DNA of 64,000 bases from Eledone cirrhosa (lineage: Eukaryota). The stretch is taken from NCBI GenBank assembly GCA_964016885.1, contig OZ024760.1:1550001-1614000 (forward strand). The letters are read 5' to 3'. The notes under the pieces are model-generated. The model worked only from the letters and a program-made list of their open reading frames with translations, had not been told where the DNA came from and did not search any database. The translations under genes were made by a program, and so were the position numbers. Every line of letters begins with the position of its first letter. Within the stretch, counting starts at the first letter, position 1. This document shows, piece by piece, positions 25,821 through 41,341 of this stretch.

Positions 25821-26238
25821 TTAACCCTTTAGTATTTACATTACTCTATTGGATTGGCAGTATCGGTAGAGGGTCGGACGCCATGCTTTCAAGCATAGTT
25901 ACGTCCCTTTACGATCTGAGTTCAAATCCCGCCGAGGTTGACTTTGCCTTTCATCCTTACGGGGTCGATAAAATAAAGTACCAGTAATGCACTGGGTAAT
26001 TGCTGGCCTTGTGCCTAAAGTAGAAACAAGTATTTACATTACTCTATATATACTTTTATATCTACTATTGTATTTTCATGGTAAAGGCTTTTATCTCACA
26101 TAATATCGAATCTATGAGATGTTGATGCTATTTATTTTGAGAACAATACCGTAACATCAGTATGAGTGGCCAGTGACAGCCAGTTTGAACAGAAAGGGGT
26201 GAGAGAATTCTGGCCGGTTTAAATGCTAAAAAGTTGAA
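25821..26238. mobile_element. piggyBac-type MITE interrupted by a SINE family 2 copy (25850-26028)
   Basis: TTAACCCTTTAG start, degenerate right end; AGTATTTACATTACTCTAT duplicated at 25831-25849 and 26029-26047. Confidence 0.85.
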
Positions 26239-26325
26239 AGATCGAAATAGAAGCTGTGATCGGCCACTGTGAGAAACTGAACCTGAAATCTCCCAGACAC
26301 CTGCTATCCTATAACATCTCTGCAC

Positions 26326-27588
<1,263 letters not shown>

Positions 27589-28931
27589 TAGATGTCTCTC
27601 TCTTTATCTTTCCTCATCTTACAGACAGACAGACACACACACACACATACACACACACACATATATATATAAGAGGAAAGCACAAACGGGAGATATTTCC
27701 CATCATCAGTTGTCTGCTGGAGATTATGGACATTTCTACGCATTAAAGACAATATGTCTAGCTCCAGTGCGTCAATAACTAAAGGAAGTTATTGGGGAAA
27801 AAAGGAGAGAGAGACAAAAACTATAACAGAAGGGAAAAAAGGGAAAAAAATGTCTCAAAGAGGGAAACACAAAAAGCACATTTCTAAATACACTTTATCC
27901 AGCAACCATACAACCCCCTGTTTCTTCAATATATATATATGATGCATATAAATATATATGGTTGCAACTTGATTTCGAGTAATGCCATCGCTTGATACTT
28001 AAGTATAAGCATCACAGACGTGGCTTTTTAGTCCTGCTAAGAACTTGCCTATGGCCAGCCATGCATGCATCACAAAAAATGTCACATATGTGGTGCCTCT
28101 GTTTGAAGCTTTTTTAAGTGGGGAAAGGTTTTGCACGGGGCCAATCCCATTCTCTGAACATCAAATTCATTTACCAAAAAAGAAGAACTGGTCCACATCA
28201 TTGGATGCAAACAAAGTTGGAGGTTTTATATCAGAGTGACCTTCTCCTAGAGAGATGTCTTAATGAAGACTAGGAGTCTCTCGCTCCACAAAAAAAAATA
28301 CTTATGTATAAATATACGCACAAAATCTCAGACCTTATTCACTTACTGAGTGGAGTGGATCTCGTCAAATTGGACCAAGGAAACAATGTTTCCATTGGCC
28401 CCTTCCATTGCTGCACATATGTGTGGGTAATTATATCTTTATATATATATATAAATGAAGTATTTCCGTCAGAAAGGTACAGGAAAAAAGAGTGCTCTAT
28501 GTAGGCACAGAGCTTATTAGTAATGTAATAAACAACATAAGATAATTATTTCATTTACTAGTGGTTTCTTGAAGAGAGATGTTGTGTCTGTCGTCAGATT
28601 CTGACGACTGAAGACAAACACAACATCAGTCTTCAAGAAACCCCTGGTAAATGAAATAATTATCTTATGTTGTTTATTACATAAAATATATATATTATTA
28701 ATATTAATAAATGGAAAATATCACTATAGCATCATATTTATTTTATAGTGATATAGTGATATTTTCCTCTTATTACTATTACAGTAGAGTGCTTCATATC
28801 TGTTATGAAGATAGCTCTATTGAAAAGCATATAACTCATTGTTTATATATATATATATATAAATATATGTGTATATATATGTATATATATAAATATATAA
28901 ATATATATATATATATAAATATATATATATA

Positions 28932-29265
28932 TCATCATTTCATTTTACGTCCTCTTTTCCCTGCTTGCAAGGGTGGGACGGGAACAGATTCGGGCTTGAT
29001 TTCTACAGCTGGATGCCCTTCCTAACACCAACCTCATTTACAGTGAGTGCTGGGTGCTTTTTTGCCGTGGCGCCTCCACGACCACTTTGCAGTGGAATGA
29101 TAGGGACCCCAGTCCCTATCATCTCATTTCTACAGCTGAGTAAACTGGAGCAATGTGAAATAAAGTGTCTTGCTCAAGGAAACAACACATCACCCGGTCT
29201 GAGAATTGAACTAACAACCTTTCGATTGCAAGGCCAATGCTCTAACCACTAAGCCATGTGCCTCC
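28932..29265 (-). mobile_element. SINE family 1
   Basis: Near-identical to other copies. Confidence 0.9.
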
Positions 29266-29291
29266 ATCATAAATAAATATATATAAATATA

Positions 29292-29428
29292 CGAGGTGTG
29301 TCAGAAAAGTTCCAGGACTGATGTCACAAAAGATTTATTTCAAACCCAAACTTCACACTAAGAGTTTTCTCCTTCAAAGTAATCCCCCTGGAGCCTAATG
29401 CACTTCTCCATCCTTTTCTGCCACGCTT
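29292..29428 (-). mobile_element. mariner transposon remnant (transposase C-terminus + TIR)
   Basis: TA-CGAGGTGTGTCAGAAAAGTTCC TIR; minus strand encodes AWQKRMEKCIRLQGDYFEGENS*. Confidence 0.85.
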
Positions 29429-29440
29429 ATATATATAAAT

Positions 29441-29488
<48 letters not shown>

Positions 29489-29586
29489 CACATACAGAGT
29501 GATACCCTCAGTTGTTGTTATTGTAGTTGTTGTTTTTTGCAGCTACTCAATAATTGAAACTGTTATTGTATTTATTGTTGTTACAG

Positions 29587-29645
29587 GAATGTGATCAAGT
29601 TCATATAGATGATGTGTCGTCTGATGATAATGGACAGGACCTTAG
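29587..29645 (+). CDS. eya: Eyes absent exon ([20 protein letters not shown])
   Basis: tacag/ ... /gtaagg, 59 nt, in phase with flanking exons. Confidence 0.96.
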
Positions 29646-29682
29646 GTAAGGGACACCACTGTACCACACACACCTGTACCAC

Positions 29683-32600
29683 AGCCTCTCACACACACTG
29701 CCTCTCTAGCTCTCACACACACACTGCCTCTCTAGCTCTCACACACACACTGCCTCTCTAGCTCTCACACACACTGCCTCTCTAACTCTCACACACACTG
29801 CCTCTCTAGCTCTCACACACACACTGCCTCTCTAGCTCTCACACACACTGCCTCTCTAACTCCCACACACACTGCCTCTCTAGCTCTCACACACACACTG
29901 CCTCTCTAGCTCTCACACACACTGCCTCTCTAGCTCTCACACACACTGCCTCTCTAGCTCTCACACACACTGCCTCTCTAGCTCTCACACACACTGCCTC
30001 TCTAACTCTCACACACACTGCCTCTCTAGCTCTCACACACACTGCCTCTCTAGCTCTCACACACACTGCCTCTCTAGCTCTCACACACACTGCCTCTCTA
30101 GCTCTCACACACACTGCCTCTCTAGCTCTCACACACACTGCCTCTCTAACTCTCACACACACTGCCTCTCTAGCTCTCACACACACTGCCTCTCTAGCTC
30201 TCACACACACTGCCTCTCTAGCTCTCACACACACTGCCTCTCTAGCTCTCACACACACTGCCTCTCTAGCTCTCACACACACTGCCTCTCTAGCTCTCAC
30301 ACACACTGCCTCTCTAGCTCTCACACACACACTGCCTCTCTAGCTCTCTCACACACACACACTGCCTCTCTAGCTCTCTCACACACATTGCCTCTCTAGC
30401 TCTCACACACACACTGCCTCTCTAGTTCTCACACACACTGCCTCTCTAGCTCTCACACACACTGCCTCTCTAGCTCTCTCACACACTGCCTCTCTAGCTC
30501 TTACACACACTGCCTCTCTAGCTCTCACACACACTGCCTCTCTAGCTCTCACACACACTGCCTCTCTAGCTCTCACACACACTGCCTCTCTAGCTCTCAC
30601 ACACACTGCCTCTCTAGCTCTCACACACACTGCCTCTCTAGCTCTCACACACACTGCCTCTCTAGCTCTCACACACACACACTGCCTCTCTAGCTCTCAC
30701 ACACACACTGCCTCCCTAGCTCTCACACACACTGCCTCTCTAGCTCTCACACACACTGCCTCTCTAGCTCTCACACACACTGCCTCTCTAGCTCACACAC
30801 ACACTGCCTCTCTAGCTCTCACACACACTGCCTCTCTAGCTCTCACACACACACTGCCTCTCTAGCTCTCACACACATACTGCCTCTCTAGCTCTCACAC
30901 ACATACTGCCTCTCTAGCTCTCACACACACTGCCTCTCTAGCTCTCACACACACTGCCTCTCTAGCTCTCACACACACTGCCTCTCTAGCTCTCACACAC
31001 ACTGCCTCTCTAGCTGTCTCACACACTGCCTCTCTAGCTCTCTCACACACACTGCCTCTCTAGCTCTCTCACACACACTGCCTCTCTAGCTCTCTCACAC
31101 ACACTGCCTCTCTAGCTCTTACACACACTGCCTCTCTAGCTCTCACACACACTGCCTCTCTAGCTCTCACACACACACTGCCTCTCTAGCTCTCACACAC
31201 ACTGCCTCTCTAGCTCTCACACACAGTGCCTCTCTAGCTCTCACACACACTGCCTCTCTAGCTCTCACACACACTGCCTCTCTAGCTCACACACACACAC
31301 TGCCTCTCTAGCTCACACACACACTGCCTCTCTAGCTCTCACACACACTGCCACTCTAGCTCTCACACACACTGCCTCTCTAGCTCTCACACACACTGCC
31401 TCTCTAGCTCTCACACACACTGCCTCTCTAGCTCTCTCACACACACACTGCCTCTCTAGCTCTCACACACACTGCCTCTCTAGCTCTCTCACACACTGCC
31501 TCTCTAGCTCTCACACACACTGCCTCTCTAGCTCTCACACACACTGCCTCTCTAGCTCTCACACACACACTGCCTCTCTAGCTCTCACACACACACTGCC
31601 TCTCTAGCTCTCACACACACACTGCCTCTCTAGCTCTCACACACACTGCCTCTCTAGCTCTCACACACACTGCCTCTCTAGCTCTCACACACACTGCCTC
31701 TCTAGCTCTCACACACACTGCCTCTCTAGCTCTCTCACACACACACTGCCTCTCTAGCTCTCACACACACTGCCTCCCTAGCTCTCTCACACACTGCCTC
31801 TCTAGCTCTCACACACTGCCTCTCTAGCTCTCACACACACTGCCTCTCTAGCTCTCACACACCCACTGCCTCTCTAGCTCTCTCACACACGCCCTCTCTA
31901 GCTCTCACACACACACTGCCTCTCTAGCTCTCACACACACTGCCTCTCTAGCTCTCACACACACACTGCCTCTCTAGCTCTCTCACACACACTGCCTCTC
32001 TAGCTCTCTCACACACACTGCCTTTCTAGCTCTCACACATACACTGCCTCTCTAGCTCTCACACATACACTGCCTCTCTAGCTCTCACACACACTGCCTC
32101 TCTAGCTCTCTCACACACACTGCCTCTCTAGCTCTCTCACACACGCCCTCTCTAGCTCCCACACACACACTGCCTTTCTAGCTCTCACACACACACTGCC
32201 TTTCTAGCTCTCACACACACACTGCCTCTCTAGCTCTCACACACATACTGCCTCTCTAGCTCTCACATACACTGCCTCTCTAGCTCTCTCTCACACACAC
32301 ACACACTGCCTCTCTAGCTCTCACACACACACTGCCTCTCTAGCTCTCTCACACACGCCCTCTCTAGCTCTCACACACACACTGCCTCTCTAGCTCTCTC
32401 ACACACTGCCTCTCTAGCTCTCACACACACTGCCTCTCTAGCTCTCACACACACTGCCTCTCTAGCTCTCTCACACACACTGCCTCTCTAGCTCTCTCAC
32501 ACACACTGCCTTTCTAGCTCTCACACATACACTGCCTCTCTAGCTCTCACACATACACTGCCTCTCTAGCTCTCACACACACTGCCTCTCTAGCTCTCTC

Positions 32601-34930
32601 ACACACACTGCCTCTCTAGCTCTCTCACACACGCCCTCTCTAGCTCCCACACACACACTGCCTTTCTAGCTCTCACACACACACTGCCTTTCTAGCTCTC
32701 ACACACACACTGCCTCTCTAGCTCTCACACACATACTGCCTCTCTAGCTCTCACATACACTGCCTCTCTAGCTCTCTCTCACACACACACACACTGCCTC
32801 TCTAGCTCTCACACACACACTGCCTCTCTAGCTCTCTCACACACTGCCTCTCTAGCTCTCTCACACACACTGCCTCTCTAGCTCTCTCACACACTGCCTC
32901 TCTAGCTCTCACACACACTGCCTCTCTAGCTCTCACACACACTGCCTCTCTAGCTCTCTCACACACACTGCCTCTCTAGCTCTCTCACACACACTGCCTT
33001 TCTAGCTCTCACACATACACTGCCTCTCTAGCTCTCACACATACACTGCCTCTCTAGCTCTCACACACACTGCCTCTCTAGCTCTCTCACACACACTGCC
33101 TCTCTAGCTCTCTCACACACGCCCTCTCTAGCTCCCACACACACACTGCCTTTCTAGCTCTCACACACACACTGCCTTTCTAGCTCTCACACACACACTG
33201 CCTTTCTAGCTCTCACTCACACTGCCTCTCTAGCTCTCTCACACACTGCCTCTCTAGCTCTCACACACACTGCCTTTCTAGCTCTCACACACACACTGCC
33301 TTTCTAGCTCTCACACACACACTGCCTCTCTAGCTCTCACACACTGCCTCTCTAGCTCTCACACACACTGCCTCTCTAGCTCTCTCACACACACTGCCTC
33401 TCTAGCTCTCACACACACGCCCTCTCTAGCTCTCACACACACGCCCTCTCTAGCTCTCTCACACACACTGCCTCTCTAGCTCTCACACACACACTGCCTC
33501 TCTAGTTCTCACACACACTGCCTCTCTAGCTCTCACACACACTGCCTCTCTAGCTCTCTCTCTCACACACACACTGCCTCTCTAGCTCTCTCTCTCACAC
33601 ACTGCCTCTCTAGCTCTCTCTCTCACACACACACTGCCTCTCTAGCTCTCTCACGCACACTGCCTCTCTAGCTCTCACACACACACTGCCTCTCTAGCTC
33701 TCTCTCACACATACTGCCTCTCTAGCTCTCTCTCTCTCACATACTGCCTCTCTAGCTCTCTCTCTCACATATACTGCCTCTCTAGCTCTCTCTCACACAC
33801 ACTGCCTCTCTAGCTCTCTCTCTCTCACACACTGCCTCTCTAGCTCTCTCTCTCTCACACACATACTGCCTCTCTAGCTCTCTCTCTCTCTCACATACTG
33901 CCTCTCTAGCTCTCTCTCTCACACACACACTGCCTCTCTAGCTCTCTCTCTCACACACACACTGCCTCTCTAGCTCTCTCTGTCACATATACTCCCTCTC
34001 TAGCTCTCTCTCACACATACTGCCTCTCTAGCTCTCTCTCTCTCACATACTGCCTCTCTAGCTCTCTCTCTCACATACTGCCTCTCTAGCTCTCACACAT
34101 ACTGCCTCTCTAGCTCTCTCTCTCTCACATACTGCATCTCTAGCTCTCTCTCTCACATACTGCATCTCTAGCTCTCTCTCTCACATACTGCCTCTCTAGC
34201 TCTCTCTCTCACATACTGCCTCTCTAGCTCTCTCTCTCACATACTGCCTCTCTAGCTCTCACACATACTGCCTCTCTAGCTCTCTCTCTCTCACATACTG
34301 CATCTCTAGCTCTCTCTCTCACATACTGCATCTCTAGCTCTCACACATACTGCCTCTCTAGCTCTCTCTCTCTCACATACTGCATCTCTAGCTCTCTCTC
34401 TCACATACTGCATCTCTAGCTCTCACACATACTGCCTCTCTAGCTCTCTCTCTCTCACATACTGCATCTCTAGCTCTCTCTCTCACATACTGCCTCTCTA
34501 GCTCTCACACATACTGCCTCTCTAGCTCTCTCTCTCTCACATACTGCATCTCTAGCTCTCTCTCTCACATACTGCATCTCTAGCTCTCTCTCTCACATAC
34601 TGCATCTCTAGCTCTCTCTCTCACATACTGCCTCTCTAGCTCTCTCTCTCACATACTGCCTCTCTAGCTCTCTCTCTCACATACTGCCTCTCTAGCTCTC
34701 ACACATACTGCCTCTCTAGCTCTCTCTCTCTCACATACTGCATCTCTAGCTCTCTCTCTCACATACTGCATCTCTAGCTCTCTCTCTCACATACTGCCTC
34801 TCTAGCTCTCTCTCTCACATACTGCCTCTCTAGCTCTCTCTCTCACATACTGCCTCTCTAGCTCTCACACATACTGCCTCTCTAGCTCTCTCTCTCTCTC
34901 ACATACTGCCTCTCTAGCTCTCTCTCACAC
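29683..34930. repeat. ~22-bp minisatellite CTGCCTCTCTAGCTCT(CA)n, 5.2 kb
   Basis: Direct inspection; unit drifts toward longer (CT)n and CACATA distally. Confidence 0.97.
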
Positions 34931-35102
34931 AGATACCACCTCTCTCTGCCTCTGTAGGTAAGAGGCACCACTACACCACACATACCATCTCTCTCTCTCT
35001 CGATGAAGAGTACAAACAATTATGAGAGCTCACCTCTGCTTTATCGCAATCCAATTCTTTAAAATGTTTGGTTTTTGTGTCATAGAACCAGAGTAGGTTT
35101 AC

Positions 35103-35330
35103 AGTGGGTTGGCAGAATCGGTAGAGTGTCGGACACCATGCTTTGCAGCAGAGTCACGGCCCTTTATGATCTGAGTTCAAATCCCGCCGAGGTTAACTAC
35201 TTTGCCTTTCATCATTACGGGGGTCGATAAAATAAAGTACCAGTAATGCACTGGGGTTGATTTAATCAACTCGTCACCCCACCCCACCACAAATTGCTGG
35301 CCCCTTGTGCCTAAAGTAGAAACAATTATT
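35103..35330 (+). mobile_element. SINE family 2
   Basis: Head, B box, GGGGTCGATAAAATAAAGTACCAG. Confidence 0.85.
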
Positions 35331-35664
35331 AAAGGGAAATATTCACACACATGCATCACTTCCATCACTAACTAACCCCCTTCGATACCACCACCACTAC
35401 TATTACTACTACTACTACCACTACTATTACTACTACTACTACCACTACTACTAATACCACCACTACTACTACCACCACCACTGCTGCTGCTGCTACTACT
35501 ACTAATACTACTAGTAATAATAAGGCTACACTGATAATAGCTACAAATCAGAGCAGTGAACCATAGCTTGACCCAGTGGATTGACGCTATTGTGTTTACA
35601 GATATTTATATTTGGGAACATACACACACACACATGCACACATACACACACAGATATATATATA

Positions 35665-35698
<34 letters not shown>

Positions 35699-35699
35699 C

Positions 35700-35945
35700 T
35701 TCATCAACGTTTAACATCTATTTTCCGTGCTAGCATGGGTTAGATGTGTTGTCCCATTAGAGGCAAGTTGGGTCTGGTGACTGTGTCCTGCTCATATAGG
35801 ACCTTTTTTGGCTAGATTTCTATGGCTGGATGCCCTTCCTAACACCAACCGCATTTACAGTGTAGGCTGGGTGCTTTTTGTTGTGACACCTCCACGACCA
35901 CTTTACAGTGGGGATAGGTACTTTTTGTTGTGTCTCCCACACAAC
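35700..35945 (-). mobile_element. RTE 3' UTR-related fragment
   Basis: GGATGCCCTTCCTAACACCAACC motif and terminal motif on the minus strand. Confidence 0.8.
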
Positions 35946-36335
35946 CACATAAAGCTCTGGATTATTCTATCACATCAAGAACATTGAAAGCACCACCTCC
36001 TCTTTCCACCCACCCAGTTTCTTTCTACCTGCTTAGGGTAGTTCCACGGAAGACCCCACATAAAGCCCTAGATTATTCTGACATCAAGAACATTGAAAGT
36101 GTACCCCCTTTTTTGGTTCCTTCTCTCCCTGCTTAGGGAAATTCCAGGAAGACCTCACATAAACCCCTGGATTATTAAATCACATTAAGAGCCTTCTATC
36201 ATTTTCTCTCTTCCTCCTTAATGCTCTCCTTTCTGGTTTGTTTGGGTAGTTCCAGGGAAGACCTCACACAAAATCCTGGATTATTCAATCACATTAAGAG
36301 CATTGAAAACACCCTTTTCCTGGTTCCTTTTCTCC
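35946..36335. repeat. Degenerate ~110-bp tandem repeat (about 4 units)
   Basis: CACATAAA-C-CTGGATTATT...CACAT-AAGA at ~35946, 36057, 36156, 36265. Confidence 0.7.
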
Positions 36336-36989
36336 CTTACTTTTTAGAAAAGCATAGGTGATGTGGGGTCCATTCAGTTTCATGAGTCTATAATAACAGC
36401 AAGGCCCCAAATTTCACTGCAAAAAAAAAGACCACCAAGATATGTTTGGTTGTTGTTGTTGTTGTTGTTTTGTGGGGGGGGGGGGGGGTCTGTTTCTGAA
36501 AACCTCTGAACAATGTTTTGTAAGGAATTCAAAAATTAATGTTGAGTTGGGGATGGAGTGGTGGTGGTGGTGGTGGTGGTGGGATGTGAAAAGAACAATG
36601 CCTGGATTGTGTAAGGCACAGTGAGGTGTTTGGTTTATTGACCATGACCCAGACAAAACACCATCCCAGCCCACCCTGCAGCAGGAAAGGGGGGGGGGGG
36701 GGGGGGTTAGTGGTGGTTGTGGTTTGCCCCCCACCCCCCCCCCACCCCCCCCCCCCCGTCGTCCTGTTTTATAGTATGTGAAAAATTTTTAGAAAGAAGG
36801 GAGTGGATAGATAATGGAAGACATGTAATAAAATTCTCCTTATGGTTGACATCACCACTACCACTGGCACCACCACCATCACTATTGTAGTTACTGCCAC
36901 TACACCACCACCACCACCGGCATCACTACTAGAGTTACTGCCACGACCACCACACCACCACTACTTCCCCTACTACCACCACCACTATC

Positions 36990-39758
36990 GCTACTGCCAT
37001 CACCACTACCGCTAGTGCCACCACTCTCACCACTACCCCTACTGCCGTCACCACTACCCCTACTGCCATCACCACTACCCCTACTGCCATCACCACTACC
37101 CCTACTGCCATCACCACTACCCCTACTGCCATCACCACTACCGCTACTGCCATCACCACTACCACTACTGCCATCACCACTACCCCTACTGCCATCACCA
37201 CTACCCCTACTGCCATCACCACTACCCCTACTGCCATCACCACTACCACTACAGCCATCACCACTACCCCTACTGCCATCACCACTACCCCTACTGCCAT
37301 CACCACTACCCCTACTGCCATCACCACTACCCCTACTGCCATCACCACTACCCCTACTGCCATCACCACTACCCCTACTGCCATCACCACTACCCCTACT
37401 GCCATCACCACTACCGCTACTGCCATCACCACTACCGCTACTGCCATCACCACTACCCCTACTGCCATCACCACTACCGCTACTGCCATCACCACTACCA
37501 CTACTGCCATCACCACTACCACTACTGCCATCACCACTACCGCTACTGCCATCACCACTACCGCTACTGCCATCACCACTACCCCTACTGCCATCACCAC
37601 TACCGCTACTGCCATCACCACTACCACTACTGCCATCACCACTACCCCTACTGCCATCACCACTACCACTACTGCCATCACCACTACCCCTACTGCCATC
37701 ACCACTACCACTACTGCCATCACCACTACCCCTACTGCCATCACCACTACCACTACTGCCATCACCACTACCACTACTGCCATCACCACTACCACTACTG
37801 CCATCACCACTACCGCTACTGCCATCACCACTACCCCTACTGCATCACCACTACCGCTACTGCCATCACCACTACCGCTACTGCCATCACCACTACCCCT
37901 ACTGCCATCACCACTACCCCTACTGCCATCACCACTACCCCTACTGCCATCACCACTACCACTACTGCCATCACCACTACCCCTACTGCCATCACCACTA
38001 CCGCTACTGCCATCACCACTACCCTACTGCCATCACCACTACCACTACTGCCATCACCACTACCCCTACTGCCATCACCACTACCCTACTGCCATCACCA
38101 CTACCGCTACTGCCATCACCACTACCACTACTGCCATCACCACTACCACTACTGCCATCACCACTACCCCTACTGCCATCACCACTACCCCTACTGCCAT
38201 CACCACTACCCCTACTGCCATCACACTACCACTACTGCCATCACCACTACCCCTACTGCCATCACCACTACCCCTACTGCCATCACCACTACCCCTACTG
38301 CCATCACCACTACCACTACTGCCATCACCACTACCCTACTGCCATCACCACTACCCCTACTGCCATCACCACTACCCCTACTGCCATCACCACTACCCCT
38401 ACTGCCATCACCACTACCGCTACTGCCATCACCACTACCACTACTGCCATCACCACTACCACTACTGCCATCACCACTACCGCTACTGCCATCACCACTA
38501 CCACTACTGCCATCACCACTACCCCTACTGCCATCACCACTACCCGCTACTGCCATCACCACTACCACTACTGCCATCACCACTACCCTACTGCCATCAC
38601 CACTACCGCTACTGCCATCACCACTACCACTACTGCCATCACCACTACCGCTACTGCCATCACCACTACCCCTACTGCCATCACCACTACCCCTACTGCC
38701 ATCACCACTACCGCTACTGCCATCACCACTACCACTACTGCCATCACCACTACCCGCTACTGCCATCACCACTACCCTACTGCCATCACCACTACCGCTA
38801 CTGCCATCACCACTACCACTACTGCCATCACCACTACCGCTACTGCCATCACCACTACCACTACTGCCATCACCACTACCGCTACTGCCATCACCACTAC
38901 CCCTACTGCCATCACCACTACCCCTACTGCCATCACCACTACCCCTACTGCCATCACCACTACCGCTACTGCCATCACCACTACCACTACTGCCATCACC
39001 ACTACCGCTACTGCCATCACCACTACCCCTACTGCCATCACCACTACCGCTACTGCCATCACCACTACCCCTACTGCCATCACCACTACCACTACTGCCA
39101 TCACCACTACCCCTACTGCCATCACCACTACCCGCTACTGCCATCACCACTACCACTACTGCCATCACCACTACCACTACTGCCATCACCACTACCCCTA
39201 CTGCCACCACCACTACCGCTACTGCCATCACCACTACCCCTACTGCCATCACCACTACCACTACTGCCATCACCACTACCACTACTGCCATCACCACTAC
39301 CCCTACTGCCATCACCACTACCCCTACTGCCATCACCACTACCGCTACTGCCACCACCACTACCCCTACTGCCATCACCACTACCACTACTGCCATCACC
39401 ACTACCCCTACTGCCATCACCACTACCACTACTGCCATCACCACTACCCCTACTGCCATCACCACTACCCCTACTGCCATCACCACTACCGCTACTGCCA
39501 CCACCACTACCCCTACTGCCATCACCACTACCACTACTGCCATCACCACTACCGCTACTGCCACCACCACTACCCCTACTGCCATCACCACTACCACTAC
39601 TGCCATCACCACTACCCCTACTGCCATCACCACTACCACTACTGCCATCACCACTGCCCCTACTGCCATCACCACTACCCCTACTGCCATCACCACTACC
39701 CCTACTGCCATCACCACTACCACTACTGCCATCACCACTACCCCTACTGCCACCACTG
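36990..39758. repeat. 21-bp minisatellite CCATCACCACTACC(C/A/G)CTACTG
   Basis: Direct inspection; ends ~40 nt before an eya acceptor. Confidence 0.97.
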
Positions 39759-39799
39759 TCACCCTTGTGCTTAAATCAGAAACCTTTATTTATTTCCAG

Positions 39800-39960
39800 T
39801 TCTTATAACTTTGCAACTGATGGTTTCCATGCGGCCACAACCAATGCCACCTTGTGTATAGCCACTGGTGTTCGTGGTGGAGTCGATTGGATGCGGAAGC
39901 TCGCCTTTCGGTACCGACGGATAAAGGAGATATACAACAGTTACAGAAATAATGTAGGAG
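39800..39960 (+). CDS. eya: Eyes absent exon ([12 protein letters not shown]...[32 protein letters not shown]), copy 1
   Basis: tccag/ ... /gtgagt, 161 nt; diagnostic [13 protein letters not shown]. Confidence 0.97.
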
Positions 39961-40178
39961 GTGAGTATCTGATTATTTACCATTTTACACTTTCTTTCCT
40001 TACCCTCATCTGTCTTCTTCACTTCTTGATGAAAGACCAGTGTCCGAAACCTAAGCCCTCTTTACCTACTATATCGGGCATTGTTTGCTTTGTGTTTTCC
40101 ATTTACTTTTTGCATACATATACCTATATATATATGTGTGTGTATATGTCTATCTACAGTCAGTATATTTCTATTTAT

Positions 40179-40215
<37 letters not shown>

Positions 40216-40234
40216 GTATGTATATATATATATA

Positions 40235-40566
40235 TCATAATCATTTTACATCCGCTTTTCCCTGCTTGCAAGGGTGGGACGGGAACTGATTCTGGCTTGA
40301 TTTCTACAGCTGGATGCCCTTCCTAACACCAACCTCATTTACAGTGAGTGCTGGGTACTTTTTTTCCGTGACGCCTCCACGACCACTTTACAGTGGAATG
40401 ATAGGGACGCCAGTCCCTATCATCTGATTTCTACAGCTGAGTAAACTGTAGCAATGTGAAATAAAGTGTCTTGCTCAAGGAAACAACAACACACCCAGTC
40501 TGAGAATTGAACTCACAACCTTTCGATTGCAAGGCCAATGATCTAACCACTAAGCCATGTGCCTCC
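40235..40566 (-). mobile_element. SINE family 1 (counterpart at 50087-50418)
   Basis: Family match. Confidence 0.9.
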
Positions 40567-40731
40567 ATATATATATATGTGTGTGTGTGTGCTGAAGAGG
40601 ACCTGTCCCACACTTCCAAGCAGGGAAAAGCGGACGGAAAATGATGATGGTGATGATGATGATGATTATTATTACGATGTGTGTGTTTGTAGTTATAAAT
40701 GTATGATCAATTTATTTCTATTTATTTTTAG

Positions 40732-40846
40732 GTTTATTAGGTCCGCAGAAAAGGGAACAGTGGCTTCAGTTGAGGCAAGAAATTGAAAACATCACAGACA
40801 GTTGGCTAACAATGGCATTGAAATCTCTCAACATAATCAACACCAG
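40732..40846 (+). CDS. eya: Eyes absent exon ([38 protein letters not shown]), copy 1
   Basis: tttag/ ... /gtatat, 115 nt, in phase. Confidence 0.95.
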
Positions 40847-41341
40847 GTATATATCTATATATCTATCTTTTCTCCTTCTTCGCCAACTTATTCCTGAGAG
40901 GGGCATGGGGGCAGAGTCCTCAAACACTCCCCTCCACAAGGGTTTATTTTTGCCATATAATATTAAGAAAAACCACCATAACTTCCAAAATGAGGAAAAC
41001 TGAAACGGCGTAAACTGCAGTATACCCGTATATATATATATATATATAAAAACAAATGACGAAACGAAATTAAATTTCGTTTCGTTTGTAACTCACTTTT
41101 GTATGACTGACGCTCAAACAATTAAGTTAAAAAAATTACATCTACATATGCATACTGAAATACTAGTGTGTATATGAATACACACACGTATACATATGTA
41201 TATGTAACAAGTCTTTCACTGGTTGCTTTACTGTGAGCACCCAGCTATTCTGTATGTAAACACACAGACAAACCGGTTTTTAGAGTCATACTGGTTTTTG
41301 AGGGAACACCTTCCCTCTATTCTCCAGAAAGCCAGACAAGG

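Noticed and set aside
37015-39774. 919-aa His/Cys/Tyr-rich ORF (and 901-aa ORF at 46927-49632) resembling a metal-binding protein
   Set aside because: Translation of a stop-free 21-bp minisatellite inside an eya intron; frames shift freely
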